Under the pieces are notes generated by a model. It saw nothing but the letters and a program-made list of their open reading frames with translations, was not told the DNA's origin and did no database searches. A stretch of DNA of 63,220 nucleotides, the filler included, from Reticulomyxa filosa (taxonomy: Eukaryota; Protista; Foraminifera), in the NCBI GenBank assembly GCA_000512085.1. It is 15 parts of 15 records of this genome, joined end to end, with 100 filler letters (N's around TTAATTAATTAA, not from the genome) between each part and the next. Parts side by side here need not be neighbours in the genome. Positions count along the whole stretch, not along the records: positions 61,222 to 63,220 come from ASPP01021572.1; 14 more parts are not named here. One strand, given 5' to 3'. The first letter of the stretch is position 1. Each line of letters starts with the position of its first letter. Positions 61,122-63,220 of this stretch are shown here, one piece after another. A program made the translations under genes and the position numbers.

Positions 61122-62947
61122 NNNNNNNNNNNNNNNNNNNNNNNNNNNNNNNNNNNNNNNNNNNNTTAATTAATTAANNNNNNNNNNNNNNNNNNNNNNN
61201 NNNNNNNNNNNNNNNNNNNNNGTTCCGTTAGTATTTAAGGATGTAATGTAGTGACTTTCCCTACAGGTTTGTTAATTTTTAAAAGTATTCGTTTCAATCA
61301 CTCACACAAATTTATCTTTGTTTTACTAAAAAGATATTATTTTTTACAATAATTTAAAACTGATCTTTACATTCGTTTATAAATTTGAAGTTCGTATTAA
61401 TATAACTCTCTTTTAATTTTAGCTTTTTTTGATCGCTGCAATAAAACAATTTCAAAGAGCCAAAATTTAAAATGACAACAAAAAATAGAAAACAAAAACA
61501 TAAATCGAACATATAAAAAAAATTAGTGTTAAATGTTTATTTTCACGAAGAAAATCTATTCTCTTATAGAGGTACCATTTAGATAAGTCAGTTTGCAAAA
61601 CATTCAATAAAACAAAAAAGCAAACAAAGCTTTTTGAAAAAGGACTTCGTTTATTTAATATCTTATTAGGGCGTAAATATTCATAATAATGACGAGATTT
61701 TGTGTGAATGGCATTTAAATCACTTTTCTAAATTTGTATGCTCTAAGAAATAAATTTGGTATATCTATTGTGTCAGGTTGTATTTTTTATTAAAGTACTA
61801 GTCTTTACGTGGACAAAGGAAAAACCAGCGTTAATTTTTAAATTATGCATAATTAAGTTATGTTTTGCACTAATGTTTCAGTATTAGAAAATATCAATTA
61901 CTTTTACTATTAGAATATAAACTTTGTTCTCTTTGAGAAAAATCAAAGTTTTAATGCACAATTGACGAAAGTGTAATTTGTGAATTGAGATTTATACTGC
62001 TTACAAAATTACTAAACAAATAAAAAATAAATAAAAATAAATGAAAAATACCTAATTAGTATTTTAAAAGTTGGACATAAAAGTCCGTTAAGAAAAACAA
62101 ACTTTGTCACAGTAAAAAAAAAAGACTTTACTGAAATTCCAGCATAATTTTTGTTACCTAAAGCAGTTTATTTGATATATTTGAACAAAATGTAAATATT
62201 ATTTCAAACACAAGCAATAATAGTATCACATTTTTTGTGGCTGACTTCCGTGTTGTTTGTTGGTGGGCTGTAATTTTGATATTAAAAATATTATTTTAGA
62301 AAGACTAAAATAGAACACACCAACTTTTGATCACCAAAATCCGTTCTCTATTTCTTACAAAACTTATTCTTAAAAAAAATGACGGAAAAAATAAATCTGA
62401 AGTCACAGTGTAGTATTTTAATTTGAGGAAAAAAACAAGCCAAAAATAAAAAGCAAACAAAAAATAATTGTGATAGAAACGTTATTAAAAACAAACAAAA
62501 ACCAAAAACAAACAAAAAAAGAATAACAATCAACCACAGAAAAAAGGACAACAATTCCAAGTTTTGAGCTTAGCAAAACAGTTTCATTTCTTGTCACCTT
62601 AAAAAAATAACCAAACCAAAGAAAAGCAAACCAAACCAACCAGATAAGGCAGAAGAAAAGAGCGGGGAGGAAAAAATAAAATAAATAAAAACCTCACAAA
62701 GACATAATTTGCAGACAAGCAAGATTTCACTTTTTTTCTCCTCCACAAAAATACTCGATCATAAGTTTTCGGTCATTATATTTCAAACATGCAAACTGAG
62801 ATGTTTGGTGTTCATTAAATGACATCTGACGAGAGAGGAGAAGAAGAAGAAGAAGAGAGAGGAAACATAAACGAACACAAGCACACGAAGGAAGTACAAC
62901 CAATCAAAAACACAACCAAAAAAAAAAAAGAAAGGTATTTACAAACA

Positions 62948-63052
62948 ATGTTGCATTCTATTATCAGGTTTGTTTTCATAACGTTATTTCAATGGTTTAC
63001 TTTTTTCCAGGCATATTACAACAAAACAACATCAAAGCTCAGTGGTCAAACA
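62948..63052 (+). CDS. Possible first exons of a gene (MLHSIIR|HITTKQHQSSVV...)
   Basis: ATG followed by a short GT-AG intron at about 62968-63010. Weak evidence. Confidence 0.25.
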
Positions 63053-63220
63053 GTAAAACAGGGAAAGCTGAAGGACCTTTGAAAAACAAATTTTTTTTTT
63101 TTTTTTTTTGCAACCAAATCGAATCAAGTCAAGCAAAGAAAAAAAAAGTCAATCAACAAAAAACAGCAGCAACAACAAAAAAAAAAAAAAAAAAAAAAAA
63201 AACAAAAAAAAAGAAAAAAA

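Noticed and set aside
60306-61173. Plus-strand ORFs on the high-GC contig
   Set aside because: Antisense shadows of allA and the permease, expected in high-GC DNA.
17404-61221. Recurring TTAATTAATTAA motif flanked by Ns as a biological repeat or CRISPR-like array
   Set aside because: Identical length and six-frame stops mark it as an artificial concatenation spacer.

Overview
This window is not one locus. It is 15 contigs joined by 14 identical artificial 100-nt spacers (N44-TTAATTAATTAA-N44), so adjacency across spacers has no biological meaning. Thirteen contigs come from a very AT-rich, intron-containing eukaryote with poly-Asn tracts and expanded Kelch, WD40 and caspase-like families; these features resemble the foraminiferan Reticulomyxa filosa (inferred from gene style, not from a search). 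One contig (38635-45615) is a low-GC alphaproteobacterium, probably a Rickettsiales-like endosymbiont. It carries rplU, rpmA, tRNA-Ile, a Ppx/GppA-fold protein, engB, an ABC permease and a disrupted secretin, and is bracketed by two IS5-family ends. One contig (60033-61121) is a high-GC proteobacterial purine-catabolism fragment. The main signals are: (1) a spliced Kelch-linker-caspase-like gene head-to-head with a WD40 gene, with decayed copies of all three modules on other contigs, suggesting a birth-and-death sensor/protease system; (2) an XK-related (Xkr) scramblase-like protein fused to an EF-hand; (3) rpmA whose stop codon lies inside the tRNA-Ile gene; (4) ongoing IS-associated gene decay in the endosymbiont; (5) a signal-peptide-bearing Ppx/GppA protein; (6) a YUCCA-like flavin monooxygenase; (7) CAGTAG-ended MITEs and LINE-like relics. 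All calls were made by eye, with no database searches.
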